Notes: a model not told the origin generated them from the letters alone. Positions 11,851-25,393 are shown, counted from the stretch's first letter. The stretch is DNA of 64,000 bases from Octopus sinensis (GCF_006345805.1 NC_042997.1:113150001-113214000); one strand, 5' to 3'. A program made the numbers and translations.

Positions 11851-12357
11851 CATCACTACTACTACTACTATCATCACTACTACTACTACTACTACCACCA
11901 CCACAACCACCACCACTACCATCACTTCTACTACTACCACCGCTACCATCACTACTACTACTACCACCACCACCACCACTACTACCATCACTACTACTAC
12001 TACTACCACTACTACCATCACTACTACTACCACCACCACCACCACTACTACCATCACTACTACTACTACTACCACTACTACCATCACTACTACTACCACC
12101 ACCACTGCTACCATCACTACTACTACTACTACTACCACCACCATAACTACTACCATTACTACTACTACTACCGCCACCACCACTACTACTACCACCACCA
12201 CCACCACCACTACTACCACAACCGTCACGACCACTGCTACTACTGTCACCTCTACCACCATCACCTTTACTAACACCACCACCACGACCACCACCGTCAC
12301 CACCACTGCTACAACTATCACCTCTACCACCACCACCACCACCACTACCACCACTAC
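11780..12357. repeat. Degenerate (ACC/ACT/ATC)n trinucleotide satellite
   Basis: Open in several frames on both strands (poly-T, poly-V, Y/H, G/S). Confidence 0.9.
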
Positions 12358-13159
12358 AGACGAATGAGATTATCTGAGTAAAATATCGATCGACGATTTG
12401 CAATTGGAAAATTGAAACAATGTACGACATTGAGTTGACACGAAAATGTTTCATAATTTATTATAAATTGTGTTACATAAATTGTTTTTATTCTTTGGTG
12501 CTTTGTGCTCGTTCCTGGCAAATTATATATTTTTTGATTATCGTTTTATATGTTTATTTATTGTTTTTTGTTGTTTTTCTTTCCTTGTTAACGACTTAGA
12601 AGACGGAGGCTTGAATTTACATAATAACAGCAATGACGGCTCGGCTCGTCATTGGCAACAAGGGAATGTTGTGTCAAGAAAGACAGCATCTAAATTCTGA
12701 CTGGTTTACAATTGGAAGAATTTGGATGTTGTTGTTGATGGGAGGAGGGGGCAAAGGAATTGTGAGAAGGGGGGGAGACGGAGAAGGGATGTGGGAGAGA
12801 GAGGGAGAGGGATGACAGAGAGAGAGAGAGAGACAGACAGACAGATAAAAGGAAAGAAGAGAAAGAGACGCAGGAAAGAAAGAGAAACATGCACTGGAGA
12901 GTGAAAGCGAGAGACACATACACAGGAGAGGAAGAGAGAGAGAGAGATGGAAAGAGAGAAAGAGAAAGATGTTTTTGGCAAAACAAACCATTCATCTTAT
13001 GACCATTATTATAAAACCCTGCCACGGTCACCTTTGCCTTTCATCCTTCCAGGGTTGGTAAAATAAAGTACTGGTCAAGTACTCAATTGATGTAATTGAC
13101 TAACTCCCTGCCACTAAAATTGCTGACCTTAAGCCTATATTATTATTATTATTATTAAT

Positions 13160-13815
13160 AAGGGGTGAGCTGGCAGAATCGTTAGCATGCTGGGCGAAAT
13201 GCTTAGTGGTATGTTGCCTACCATTACGTTCTGAGTTCAAATTCCACTAAGGTAACCTTTGCTTTTCATAAATTAAGTACCAGTTGAACACCGGGGTCGA
13301 TGTAATCGACACATCCCCTCCCCCAAAATGGCTGCCCTTATGGCAAAATTTGAAAACATTATTATTATTGTTATTATTGATAAGGCAGTGAGCTGGCAGA
13401 AACGTTAGCACACTGGGCGAAATGCTTAGTGATATTTCATCTGTCTTCACGTTCTAAGTTCAAATTATACCAGGGTCGACTTACCTTTCATTCTTTCAGG
13501 GTCAATAAAAAATACCGGTTCAGTGCTGGGGTCGATGTAATCAACAATCCCCTGCCCCCAAATTTCAGACCTTGTGCCTATAGTAGAAAGGATTATTATT
13601 ATTATTAATAAGGCATCAAGCTGGCAAAATTAGCATGCTGGGGCCAAAATGCTTGTCAGCGCTTTGTCCTTATGAGCAGGGTTCAAATTCTACTGAGGTT
13701 GGCTTTGCCTTTCATCATTTAGGGGTCAATAAAATATGAACCAGCTGAGCATTGTGATTGATGTAATCAACTTACCCTCCACCAAAATTGCTGGCCTTGT
13801 GGCAAAATTTGAAAC
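13160..13815 (+). mobile_element. Three tandem family-B SINEs (short-tail form) separated by (ATT)n
   Basis: Heads taaggggtgagctggcagaatc (13158), taaggcagtgagctggcagaaac (13381) and taaggcatcaagctggcaaaat (13609), each preceded by an (att)n tract. Confidence 0.78.
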
Positions 13816-16800
13816 CATCATTCATCATCATTATCATAATTTAACATCTGTTGTCCATGCTGGCATGGGTTGGACAGTTTGACCAGGGCTGGCACGCTAG
13901 AAGGCTGCACCAGGATCCGGTCTGATTTGGCATGGTAACTACAGCTGGATGTCCTTCCTAACGCCAACCACTCTGAGAGTATAATGGGTGCTTTTACATG
14001 CCACCAGCACAGGTGCCATTTCCATGACATTGGTATCTGCCATGACTGCGATTTTGCTCAGGTTGATGGGTCTTTTTCTTGAACACAACATAATGCCAAA
14101 GGTTTTGGTCTTTGCCTCCATGAGGCCCAACACTTGAAAGGAGCTTGGCCACTTTGCCTCTATGAGGCCCAATGCTCAAAAGGAACTCAGCCACCTTGCC
14201 GCTGTGAGGCCACTTGAAATTATTTTTGTTAATTTGTGAGAATTGGTGCAGTCTGCCTGAAGGGTAAAGAAATTGTCTTTACAACCATTTTGGTTTCATG
14301 TTCTGTCCTACTGCACAACACCTTGGCCAAGGGTCTTCTATTATAGTCTTGGGCCAACCGAGAGTTTCTGAGTGAATTTGGTAGATTGAAACTGTAAGGA
14401 AGCTCCTTATATATGAATGTATAGGTGCAGGCATGGTTCTGTGGTTAGAAGTTTGCTTCCCAACTTCCAGTTTCTGGGTTCAGTCCCACTGCAGGGCACC
14501 TTGGGCAAGTGTCTTTACTATAGCTTCAGGCCAACCAAAGCCTTGTGAGTGGATTGGATAGATGGAAACTGAAAGAAGCCCATTGTACATATATATATAT
14601 ATATGTGTTTGAGTCTGTGATTGTCCCCTCCCTCACTGGTTGACAACTGGTACTGGTGTTTACATCTCTGAAACTTAGTGGTTCGGCAAAAGCGACTGAT
14701 AGAATAAGTACTAGACTTATGAAATAAGTCCTGGAATCAATCTGTTCAAGTGAAACCCTTTAATGCAGGATGCCCCAGCATGGCCACTGTCCAATGACTG
14801 AAAGAAGTAAACAAATAGAAGAATATTTCCTTGATATGTATCTGATTGCTTTAAACATGTATGAAGTATTGATACATATCTAATGGATTTATTTTAAATA
14901 TGTATAAATTCTGAAGGTGCATGACAAAATCATGGTTGAGCAGTGTGTTGTGTTCATCATCATCATCATTGTTTAACATTCGCTTCCATGCTGGCATGGG
15001 TTGGACACTTAGACTGAAAACTGGCTGCACTAGACTCCAATCTGATTTGGCGGGTTTCTACAGCTGGATGCCCTTCCTCATGCCAACCACTCTGAGAGTG
15101 TAGTGAGTGCTTTTTAATTGCCACCAGCACAGGGGCCATTCTTGAGTGAAACATTTCATTTCATGTTGCCCCAGTCCACTCAGCTGTAAATAGGTCACCC
15201 TGTGTTGGACTGGCATTCTCTTCAACGAGAATGTTGGCCTAACACCCCCAGGTCAGTGGGGCAGAATCATTTGAAAGCCTTTTAGCTCTCAAGTGCCATG
15301 TGAGCACATTTGACCGACATTGTATTACAAAGCCAGGTTGCCTGGTTGATACAGTAACATCTAAATTATTGATACAATCTTTTGATTTATTTTAAATGCA
15401 TATAACCGATTGATACATATCTGATAGATTTATTTTATGTGTGTAGATTATTACTACATATCATCATCATCATCATCATTTAATGTCTGTTTCCGTGCTG
15501 GCATGGGTTGGATAGTTTGACCGGAGTTGGTCAGCTGGAGAGCTGCCCAGGCTCCAACTGTCAATTTTGGCATGGTTTCTACGGCTGGATGCTCCAGCTA
15601 ATGCCATCCACTTTACAGAGTTTAATAAGTGCACAGGCTATTTAAACATGGCATCAGGATGAGTGCTTTTTATCTTGCACCAGCACAGGTGCTTTTAATA
15701 AATCAAGAATTTATGCTGTACGGTATTTGATATTCTTGTAATTGTCTATGTTACTCAAATATACTGCACTGGCCACTTTGAGTTATTTCAGGAGTGGTGG
15801 TGGCAGCAATAGTGATTGTTTATATTACCTTTTTAAATGTCAGACTAGAAGGGAAAAAAATCTCACAGGTAAATGTAAATGTGGAGTCTCTTGTCCACCA
15901 GTTTCAGCACAGCCCCTGTCTTCCCTTCTTTGTTACATGATGACATTATGCAAAATTGTGATTATAAGAAATCATAAACAATACCTTTTAAAAATTATTT
16001 CAGTTTATAGTCAAAGAATCAGACAAGATTTATTTAGTCTCTCAATTCAGCCACTCACTTTTCATAAAACGTACTGAATGGTAGCTCTCCACTCTCACTC
16101 TTCTCTTTGAGTGCCACTTGAAGTAGTTGAAGATTTAGCCAGAGAAAACAAAGAAACCTGTCTTTTATCTTTTACTTGTTTTAATGATTTGACTGTGGTC
16201 ATGCTGGGGCTCCACCCTGAAGAATTTTAGTGGAATGAATTGACTCCAGGACTAAGTCTGGTACCTATTCTACTGGTCTCTTTTGCCAAACCGCTAAGTT
16301 ATGGGGATGTAAACATACCAGCATCAGTTGTTAAGTGGTGGAGGTGGAGGGGACAAACACAGACACAAAGACACATACAAACACACCCATGCAAACACAC
16401 ACACACACATACAACAGGCTTATTTTAGTTTCTGTTTACCAAATCCACTCACAGAGCTTTGGTTGTTTTGAGCCTATAACAGAAGACACTTGCTCAAGGC
16501 GCTACACAGTGGGACTGAACCCTGAACTATGTGGTTGGGAAGCATACTTCTTACCACACAGTCACTATATGTGCCCATATCCTCAAACATTTTAATTGTG
16601 ATCACAAACATTAAATGAAGCAATCCAAAATAAAACCAAAGCTGTAAAAAAATACAAAAAAAATGCCTTTGGTAGCTGGCAAACCATTGGTAAAAGACTT
16701 TCCCTATCTGAAGCAGGCTTGGTCTAAACAACAGTAGCAACATCATAAGTATGGCAATTCAGTGAAGGAGCCTCTACATGGTCTCTAAACCTTGAAATGA

Positions 16801-17490
16801 CAGCCAACTTTCCCTCAAATCACACTATATCACCTATAAAGAATTCTCCAGAATTGGCATGCTATTAAAGAAAAGGCAATCTGATTGTCCAGGGACAAGC
16901 AGAAGACATGTGTTTCTATCTCAACAACTGTCATCAGCACAGCCATTGCTTGGTTTATATCCAACTGATGACAGAGAGAGAGAAAGAGTAAAGCTAAAAG
17001 AATTTATTCAATGTTATCGTTGACTGAATTAACAATTGTTTTATTTACAATTGTGACTGCATTTTAACCCTTATTTCCTGTTCATACATTTTACTGTTAT
17101 ACATAAGCATTCAATCTTACAGAACCTATCAGAGAGGGTGGAGTTGAACCCATAGACACAGCACACAAAAGTAAGGTTAATTTTATGAAGCAATACATTT
17201 CCTGTCAACCTGTAATCACCTTTCTGATATCAAACCTTTCATATGTGTTTGTGTGCATATAAATATATATATGTATATATATATAATATATATATATATA
17301 TTTATGTATATCTGTAAATGTATGTTTGTATAGCAACTAGAAATCATAAAACAGAAGAAGCTGAAAGTAACAAAGAAAGGAGAAAACTGGTTTGGTCGAT
17401 GGCAGCATGTTCAACAAGATGTTTATCTAATTGCCGTGTGTTTTGCCTTTGTATATTAAAATTGATTGAAGCAGCAGTCTGCAGACTCAC

Positions 17491-17552
17491 CTGATATAAG
17501 ACGTGGGGCTGGAGAGGATGATGGCAGCAACAAGGACTACAATACTGGTCAC
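17491..17552 (-). CDS. Signal-peptide exon of the secreted EF-hand protein gene
   Basis: Acceptor tttatttctttgccag|, donor AG|gtgagt. The exon is 62 nt, phase 0-2, and encodes VTSIVVLVAAIILSSPTSYI(R). It joins in frame to CHPSDRW... of the 8855-8985 exon. Confidence 0.8.
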
Positions 17553-18457
17553 CTGGCAAAGAAATAAATAAAAAAACGTGAACAATTAACAGACAGCTTT
17601 ATAACAACTTACTAATTAGAATGACGAGTGATGCGTGCAAAGCTGAGTAAATAAAATACAACAGGAAATAGATTAGAGATATAAATCATAAGAGGAATTT
17701 CCTTAAAGCTTCTATTGTTTCTTTCTACCTATTGCTTACTCTAGTATCTAGAGAGGGTCATTAGGCCAATAATAAACACACACACTGGTTCATTATCACT
17801 TCTTTATTAAAATCAGCTGGTTAGTTATTTAACCGGCTAATTGCCTGTTTGTTTAACCCTTTAGCATTCAGATTATTCTGTCAATTACAATGCTTATTTA
17901 TTCACATTGTTTTGAATTAGAAGACCCCCTTTGGTCATGGATGACCATAGGATTGCACTTAGAAAGTTACCCTCCAAGGCACAAGTCTGGGCAAAGTTGT
18001 TTATGGAAGACCAGCAGTGACCCATTCGTACCAGCGTCCCCTCTCTATATCACCCATATGGCTTGTAAAAGGCACCCACTACACTCTCGGAGTGGTTAGC
18101 AGGAAGAGCATCCAGCTGTAGAAACCTTGTCAGATCAGACTGGAGCCTGGTTCAGCCTCCTGGCTTGCGAGTCCTCAGTCAAACCATCCAACCCATGCCA
18201 GCATGGAAAGCAGATTTTAAACAATGATGATGATATGTTTACATTATGTTTACATGTTAGCACGCCAGGTGAAATGCTTAGCGGTATTTCATTTGTCTTT
18301 ATGCTCTGAGTTCAAATTCTGCCAAGCTCGACTTTGCCTTCTTCCTTTTGGGGTTGATAAATCAAGTACCAGTTGCGTACTGTGGTCGATCTAATCAACC
18401 GGTCCCCCCCCCCGCAAAATTTCAGGCCTAATGCCTAGAGTAGAGACAAATGTTTAC

Positions 18458-18489
<32 letters not shown>

Positions 18490-18491
<2 letters not shown>

Positions 18492-18690
18492 ACCACGTGT
18501 ATACCGTTGGCGATTTTTTTTCCTCTGTCTTCCCTTCTCTGGATCTTTCCTTCTCCTATGTTTCCGACGAAGAGCTCCACTCGAAATGTTAAACCCTCCT
18601 TCTTTCCTGAGCGTCCAATAATACTATATTTGTTCCACTTCCTTGTGTTGTTGTGTTTTTTTGTGCTTTCTTGTTTGGATTAACTATGTA
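18490..18690 (+). mobile_element. ~200-bp element in (TA)n carrying a degenerate minimal hammerhead motif (18560-18594)
   Basis: gttt-CCGACGA-a-gagctccactc-GAAA-tgtt-aaac. Stem I gttt/aaac, stem II gag/ctc, and a core one substitution from CUGACGA. Confidence 0.5.
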
Positions 18691-18775
18691 TGTGTGTGTG
18701 TATATATATATATACACTCACAAGCAAACTAGCTAGTCAAGAAAATATCTATAAGAGATGAAAGCAGTATTCCTA

Positions 18776-19061
18776 CTGAACATGGCTGTTCCCTAGGAAT
18801 CGATGATACTGCCATTTTAACCCCAGGAGGATACTTGCTCCAGCTGGTTATATAGTGCACTCTGCATTCAATATATATTGCAAGTGGAGAGAGAACTCCC
18901 TGCTATTTTAGCCTGGAAACCATCAGACTGTATGGTTTCAACAGTCTCCCCATTTGCAATATGTATCAAATGCAGAGTGCACTGCATAACTAGTTGGAGG
19001 AGGTGTCCTCCTGGGGTTAAAACAGTAGTATTGTTGGCTCCCAGGGAGCACCCGTGTTTAG
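18776..19061. repeat. Foldback/MITE-like inverted repeat, ~115-bp arms with a ~55-bp spacer
   Basis: 18776-18890 is the imperfect reverse complement of 18945-19061 (e.g. ttaaccccaggagga / tcctcctggggttaa; gtgcactctgcatt / aatgcagagtgcac). Confidence 0.8.
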
Positions 19062-19730
19062 ATGGCATTAAACACTACACACACACTAGGGTCTGGCAAG
19101 CCAGGGGGTTGCACCTGGCTCCAATCTGATCTGGCAGTGTTTCTACAGCTGGATGTCCTTCCATAATGCCAACCACTCCAAGAATGTAGTAGGTTTTTTT
19201 ATGTACCACCAGCACAGGAGCCAAATGGGGTGGGGTGGGGCTGATATCGACCATGTTTGGATGGTGCTTTTTACGTGTCACTGGCACGGGAGCCAGTCAG
19301 ATGGCGCTGGTATCAGCCACATATGGATAGTGCTTTTTATGTGCCACCGGCACAGGAGCCAGTTGGGGCAAGGAGGCTGGCTTCGACCTCATTCAGATGG
19401 TGCTTTATATATATATATATAACTGAGACTCCTTTCGGTCATGACTGACCATGGGATTGCACCTAGAAAGTTACCCTCCCAGGCACAAGTCTGGGCAAGG
19501 TTGTTTTTTTTATGGAAGACCAGCAGTCGCCCATGTATACTGGCCTCCCCTCTCCATGCCACCAGTGTTATCCAAGGGAAAGGCAAAAGGGGCCAATACA
19601 GCTTCGTACCTGTGATGTTGCTACTCATTTCTACAGCTGAGTGAACTGGAGCAACATGCAGCCCGGTCTGGATTCAAGCTCAAAACCTCACAATCGTAAG
19701 CTTGACACTGTAACCACTGAGCCATGTGCC

Positions 19731-19782
<52 letters not shown>

Positions 19783-20537
19783 CACACACACATACACACA
19801 CACATGTACATATGTATGTATGTATGTGTATAAATATATCACATACCATGCACCCTGAGATATTTTCTATCAGTGCTATTATCTCTTTCTCTCTCTCTTT
19901 GATCCTTTCTCTCTCACCTTATTTGCTACCAGTTATGCTATTTAAAACATTTGATGCAGCTAACTATCAAAGAAAAATCTCAAAGGAGTAATAGAATCTT
20001 AATTATGATAGAGGCAGCTGTGGTAGTAGTGGTGCCAGCAGTAATGAGAGTTGTGGGAGTAACAGTAGTGGTGGTGGTGGTGGTGGTTGTCGTTGTAGTA
20101 GTAGTAATTTTCGTTAGTAACATTCCATCAATAGTCATTCATATTATCAGTGTGTACAGCCTCCCCATCATGAAAACCTTTTATGTTTTGATATTCAGAT
20201 TTATTCCTTTTACATATTGCCTTGTATAAGTGTTCTGGCCGTTAATACATTGTGGTGTACAGGTTGATGGTATCATGGTGGCAGTTTCAGACAGCTGCCT
20301 GTGGATGTTTGTCATATCTCTGGTGTTAATTTCATTGAAATTTGTCTCTTAGTCAGAGAAGGCAAACAAAAACCTTGCGGCAATTGTTAACTACTTAAAA
20401 AGGGGAAAATAACTTCAAGAAATTAAGAATTAATTTCACAGAAAAATTTACTTTGATTTCTATGGTGGTGGTGGTGGTGGTGGTGGTGGTAGGAATAGAC
20501 AGTAGGTATTGTTGGTTTTAGGCCCTCAATGGAAAAA

Positions 20538-20745
20538 AGCCTGCGCTCTTAACTACTACACCATATGCCCATGGGCATATGGCGTAGTGATAATAATAGT
20601 AATAATAACATTGAAAAATACATTAGGAATGAGAACCCCAAGACACCTGATGAAGGCTGGAGGGTATATCAGCCGAAATGTGTTAACAAACAAGATGAGA
20701 ACAAATATCCGTTGAATGTAAATAATGTAAATAAATATATATATT
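20538..20745 (+). mobile_element. Composite element: palindromic tRNA-like head, AAT tract, then a hammerhead-like motif (20642-20684)
   Basis: Palindrome actacaccatatgccc-at-gggcatatggcgtagt (20555-20588). Then gacac-CTGATGA-a-ggctgg agggtata tcagcc-GAAA-tgtgtt. Homologous to 26405-26684. Confidence 0.65.
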
Positions 20746-21331
20746 ACTTATTACATAGACACAGACACTCATATGTTCCAGTTTTCATACTGTCTGATGA
20801 TCATAAACATGAAATTTGAATAAGTTGATGTAAAATGGTAGCTGTCATAACCATAAATAACTCTTGTCACTTGGCATGGAGTTCTGTTTTGAACTTCTCA
20901 CTTATTTCTAGGTACACTACACACATTCACACACACACACATTTGTGTGTGTGTATATATACATATGCAAGCACATATACACATGCACAATAGGCTTCTG
21001 TACAGTTTCTGTCAGTCAAATTTTTGTCGCAATGCATTTAACCCAAGGCTATGTTAGAAGACAGTTGCACAAAGTTCCAATGTGTGAATCGAACCTGGAA
21101 CCCCCGTGACTACAAAGGCAGCTTCTTAACCACACAGCTGTGTCTACCTCCAAAGGCTAAGCTCTACCTAACAACATTACCCCCACCCACCCACAAACAA
21201 CTTCACACTCTGACATGACTTCTTTTGTTTTGCCCCAGGATTAACAAACACAAAATGCTGAAACAAAGAAAGAAAACAAGTATGTCTCTCTTCTAAGTTA
21301 TCATCTCATAATGACTACCATTTTGGTGCCT

Positions 21332-21490
21332 GTTGCCATGGTAACAGTTGGTCTTTTAACTAAAAGGCTAATTAAGCTAATTAAGAACATAGGAAATACA
21401 AACACATTCTGCTTGTTTTGTTTCTCCTGTGACTGCTTATTAGTTAATTAGTTAGGAAGAAAACAAAACTTTCATAATTTAATTAACGGA
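21332..21490. promoter_or_regulatory. Candidate enhancer: RFX X-box plus clustered TAATTA homeodomain-type sites
   Basis: GTTGCCATGGTAAC at 21332-21345 matches 13/14 positions of the palindromic X-box GTTGCCATGGCAAC. Nearby are gctaattaagctaattaag (~21368-21386), gttaattagtt (~21443) and tttaattaac (~21478). Confidence 0.4.
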
Positions 21491-21719
21491 TTCTCTCTCA
21501 CACTTTATTGTTTTCTTTATAATACTAATAGTAATCTCTTGTTATGATGGGCAGAAGACCTGGAATCTTTCAGGGTGGGGGAACGGTGTAAGTGAATTAC
21601 ATTGATCCCCAGTATTTCACTGGTACTCATTGTATTGACCTCGAAACGATGAAAGGTGAAGTTAACTTCGGAGTTTGAACTCGGAATGTAAAGACAGATG
21701 AGATGCCATTAAGCATTTT

Positions 21720-21770
<51 letters not shown>

Positions 21771-21772
21771 GG

Positions 21773-21841
<69 letters not shown>

Positions 21842-21843
<2 letters not shown>

Positions 21844-22075
21844 TGGTATGATAAAAATATTCAGACAAATACATAACAAAAACACCAGGGCTTACAAATA
21901 TATACAGCATACAGAAAATTGCACTACTTGGTACTGCACACATCCTATGCAAAACTCTTTTAATACAGTAACTATAAGAGTATCACAACAAAGCACAGCA
22001 CATACCCAAGGCACACGGAGCTGCGCTTGGTAGTGAAGTGAAAGTACGCTATAAAAGTAAAACTATTGAATAATA
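21842..22075 (+). mobile_element. 5'-truncated Dong/R4-type LINE copy inserted in (TAA)n
   Basis: Matches the last codons and 3' UTR of the 34465-37870 element (aattgcactacttggtactgcacacatcct...gtagtgaagtgaaagtacgctataaaa). (TAA)n lies on both sides. Confidence 0.85.
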
Positions 22076-22249
22076 ATAATAGCACCCATTACACTCTCGG
22101 AGTGGTTGGTGTTAGGAAGAGCATCCAGCTGTAGAAACCTTGCCCTTGCCAGATTAGATTGGAACCTGGTGCAGCCCCTCAGCTTACCGGCCCTGGTCAA
22201 ACTGTCCAACCCACACCAGTATGGACAATGGACAATGATGATGAGTCCT

Positions 22250-22353
22250 CTCAAGATTCCACTGGAGTCCACTCAAGATTCCACTGGGGTCCACTCAAAA
22301 TTCCACTGGAGTCCACTCAAGATTCTACTGGAGTCCACTCAAGATTCCACTGG
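22250..22353. repeat. 22-bp minisatellite, ~4.7 copies
   Basis: Unit ctcaagattccactggagtcca, between two RTE-tail fragments. Confidence 0.9.
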
Positions 22354-22799
22354 TGCATCTAGCTGTAGAAAGCAAACAAAAAACAGATGATGTAACATGG
22401 TGTGGTCCCTGGCCTTGCCAGTTCCCATCAAGCTGCCCAACCCATACCAGCAGGGAAAACAGACACTAAATGAAAACGACGACAACGATGATGAGCTTCT
22501 GCAGTGTGGGACGATGTTCTGTTCTCACCAAAATGATTTACACATAACGTCATGCTATGGTTCCTGACGTAAACATTGCACTATAAAACCAAGAACTCAT
22601 TGAGAAAGAAAGCATGAAATACGAGCAGGAATTTCATGAGTGTAATGACGTCAGAGTTCCCCATAATATTTCCTTATGACGTCAGAACAGACACAAACTT
22701 TATTTAAAACATATAACAGCTTCTGTCGTTATACCCAAAGTATTTAATACTGACCCAAACGAACTTCTATTATACACCTCCTGACTATAGAGAGTGTAT

Positions 22800-23700
22800 A
22801 TTCCTTTTGGTTTAACTTTCAGTTACATTATACATACATTATGCATACATACACACATACATTTATACACACACACACAGATATATATATACACACATTG
22901 TACATCCATATATACACTCCAACATTATATATACATACACACATACACTTTATGTACATACATACAGACAAACACACACATATATATACAGACACACATA
23001 TATATATACACATTATACATCCATATATACACTCATACATTATACAGACATGCACATATACATTTTATGTGCATACATACACACACACACACATATATAT
23101 ATATATGCGCACATATATTATGCATACATGTATAGATATATACATTATACATACATACACAGATATACACATACATTATGCATACATGTATACATATATA
23201 CATTATACATACACATACATATACACACGCACATATATCCATATATATATACTCATACATTATACATACATACATACAATTTACACATGCACATATATAC
23301 ACACATTATACTTATATGTATACACATATACATTATACATACATGCACATATATACGCTCACACATATATTCATATATACACTCATAAAATATACATGCT
23401 TACACACATAGTTTACACACACACACATACATTATGCATACATATATATATATATATATGCATATATACATTATACATACATGCACACATACATAGACAT
23501 CTGTATTCACATATACACATGTACGTGTATGTATATGTGTGTGTGTTTGTGTGCACCTATATGTGTTCACACATAGACTCACATATAAAGATTTACATGC
23601 ATATATTATTATATATATATGCATGTATGTATAACCAGGTATATACATATGATCATCATCATTTTGTGATGATGATAAATTGGCATACACACACATCCAT
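22800..23700. repeat. Degenerate CA/TA dinucleotide-derived satellite
   Basis: Recurrent catacattatacatacatacac blocks. It is the source of the 310-aa H/T/Y/I pseudo-ORF. Confidence 0.85.
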
Positions 23701-24164
23701 ATATTATCATCATCATCATCATTATCATCGATTAACATCCGCTTTCCATGCTGGCATTGGTTGGATGGTTTGACTGAGAACTGGCAAGCCAGGAGGCTGC
23801 ACCAGACTCCAATCTGATCTGAAAAGGTTTCTACAGCTGGATGCCCTTCCTAACGCCAACCATTCTGAGAGCGTAGTGGGTGCTTTTTACGTACTACAGA
23901 CACAGGAGCCAGTCAGGGAGTTCTGGCACCGGCCATGTTTGGATGGTGCTTTTTATGTGCCACTGAAACGGGAGCCAGTCAGGTGGTACTGGCATCAATC
24001 ATGTTCAGATAGTGCCTTTTACATGTCACTGGCACAGGAGCCAATCAAGAGGTACTGGCATCGATCATGTTTGGATTATGCTTTTTATGTGCCACTGGCA
24101 TGGGAGCCAGTCAGGGGGCACTGGCACTGGCCACGTTTGGATGGTGCTTTTTACATGCCATATG

Positions 24165-24195
<31 letters not shown>

Positions 24196-24645
24196 ACCCA
24201 TGCTAGCATGGAAAGCGGATGTCAAACGATGATGATGATAATACACACACACACATATATATATTCATGTGCACCCACAAGTATACACATACATAAAGAT
24301 GATTGTATATAAGCAGATATAGTGCAACAGAATAGAAATAAGCTGCAGTTATTTCTAAACACACACAGATACATATGTGTAAAGATATCTACACCCATGC
24401 ATAAATGAAAGTACATAAGCCTGCAGACACACATACACACACACACGTGCCCTATTACAAGGAAGCAGTCTTTACAATGATTATCTACTTAAAATCTAGT
24501 TATGCAAAACTGAACTGCAGTGGTTTACTTAACCAACTTCTGTATTCTCCTATAGTCTTATCCCTCCCTCCCTCCATTCATCCATCCCCTGCACCCTCTC
24601 TCTCTCTCTCTCTCTTATTTCCTTCTATACACAAACACACACACA

Positions 24646-24710
<65 letters not shown>

Positions 24711-24797
24711 GGTAGATAACCAAGGTTGGTCATGTGCCTTGAGCCGAGAAATAAAATATTTTATACCATTCAAATAAATCCCAACCTTTTGCTTCTT

Positions 24798-24840
<43 letters not shown>

Positions 24841-24959
24841 GTATCTGTCTATCTTTCTATCTGTCTTTCTATTCATCCATCTGTCCGTTCATCTATCTAT
24901 CTATCTATCTATCTGTCTATCTACCTATCTACCTACCTACCTATCTACCTTTCTATCTC

Positions 24960-25003
<44 letters not shown>

Positions 25004-25004
25004 G

Positions 25005-25040
<36 letters not shown>

Positions 25041-25251
25041 TTATTTATGTATCTATCTACCTACCTACCTACCTACCTACATACCTACCTACCTATCTAT
25101 CTACCTTTCTATTTATCCATCCAAATACTTATCTATCTGTCTGTCATTCTATCCATCCACCCACCCATCTGACCACTTGCGTATCTATGTGAGTGTGTGT
25201 ATATATTATACAGACATGCATACAACCGTATAGGTGTTTGTGTGTGTGATA

Positions 25252-25293
<42 letters not shown>

Positions 25294-25298
25294 GTGTA

Positions 25299-25334
<36 letters not shown>

Positions 25335-25393
25335 TGTATGTATGTATGTATGTATATATATATGTATATATATATATATGTTATATATGTATG

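Noticed and set aside
11632-12454. Thr-rich mucin-like, poly-Val, Gly/Ser and Tyr/His ORFs (also 41332-42736)
   Set aside because: They are trinucleotide satellites open in many frames on both strands, with no convincing splice sites or non-repetitive domains.
22841-23773. 310-aa His/Thr/Tyr/Ile-rich ORF and similar CA/TA-derived ORFs
   Set aside because: These are translations of dinucleotide microsatellite.
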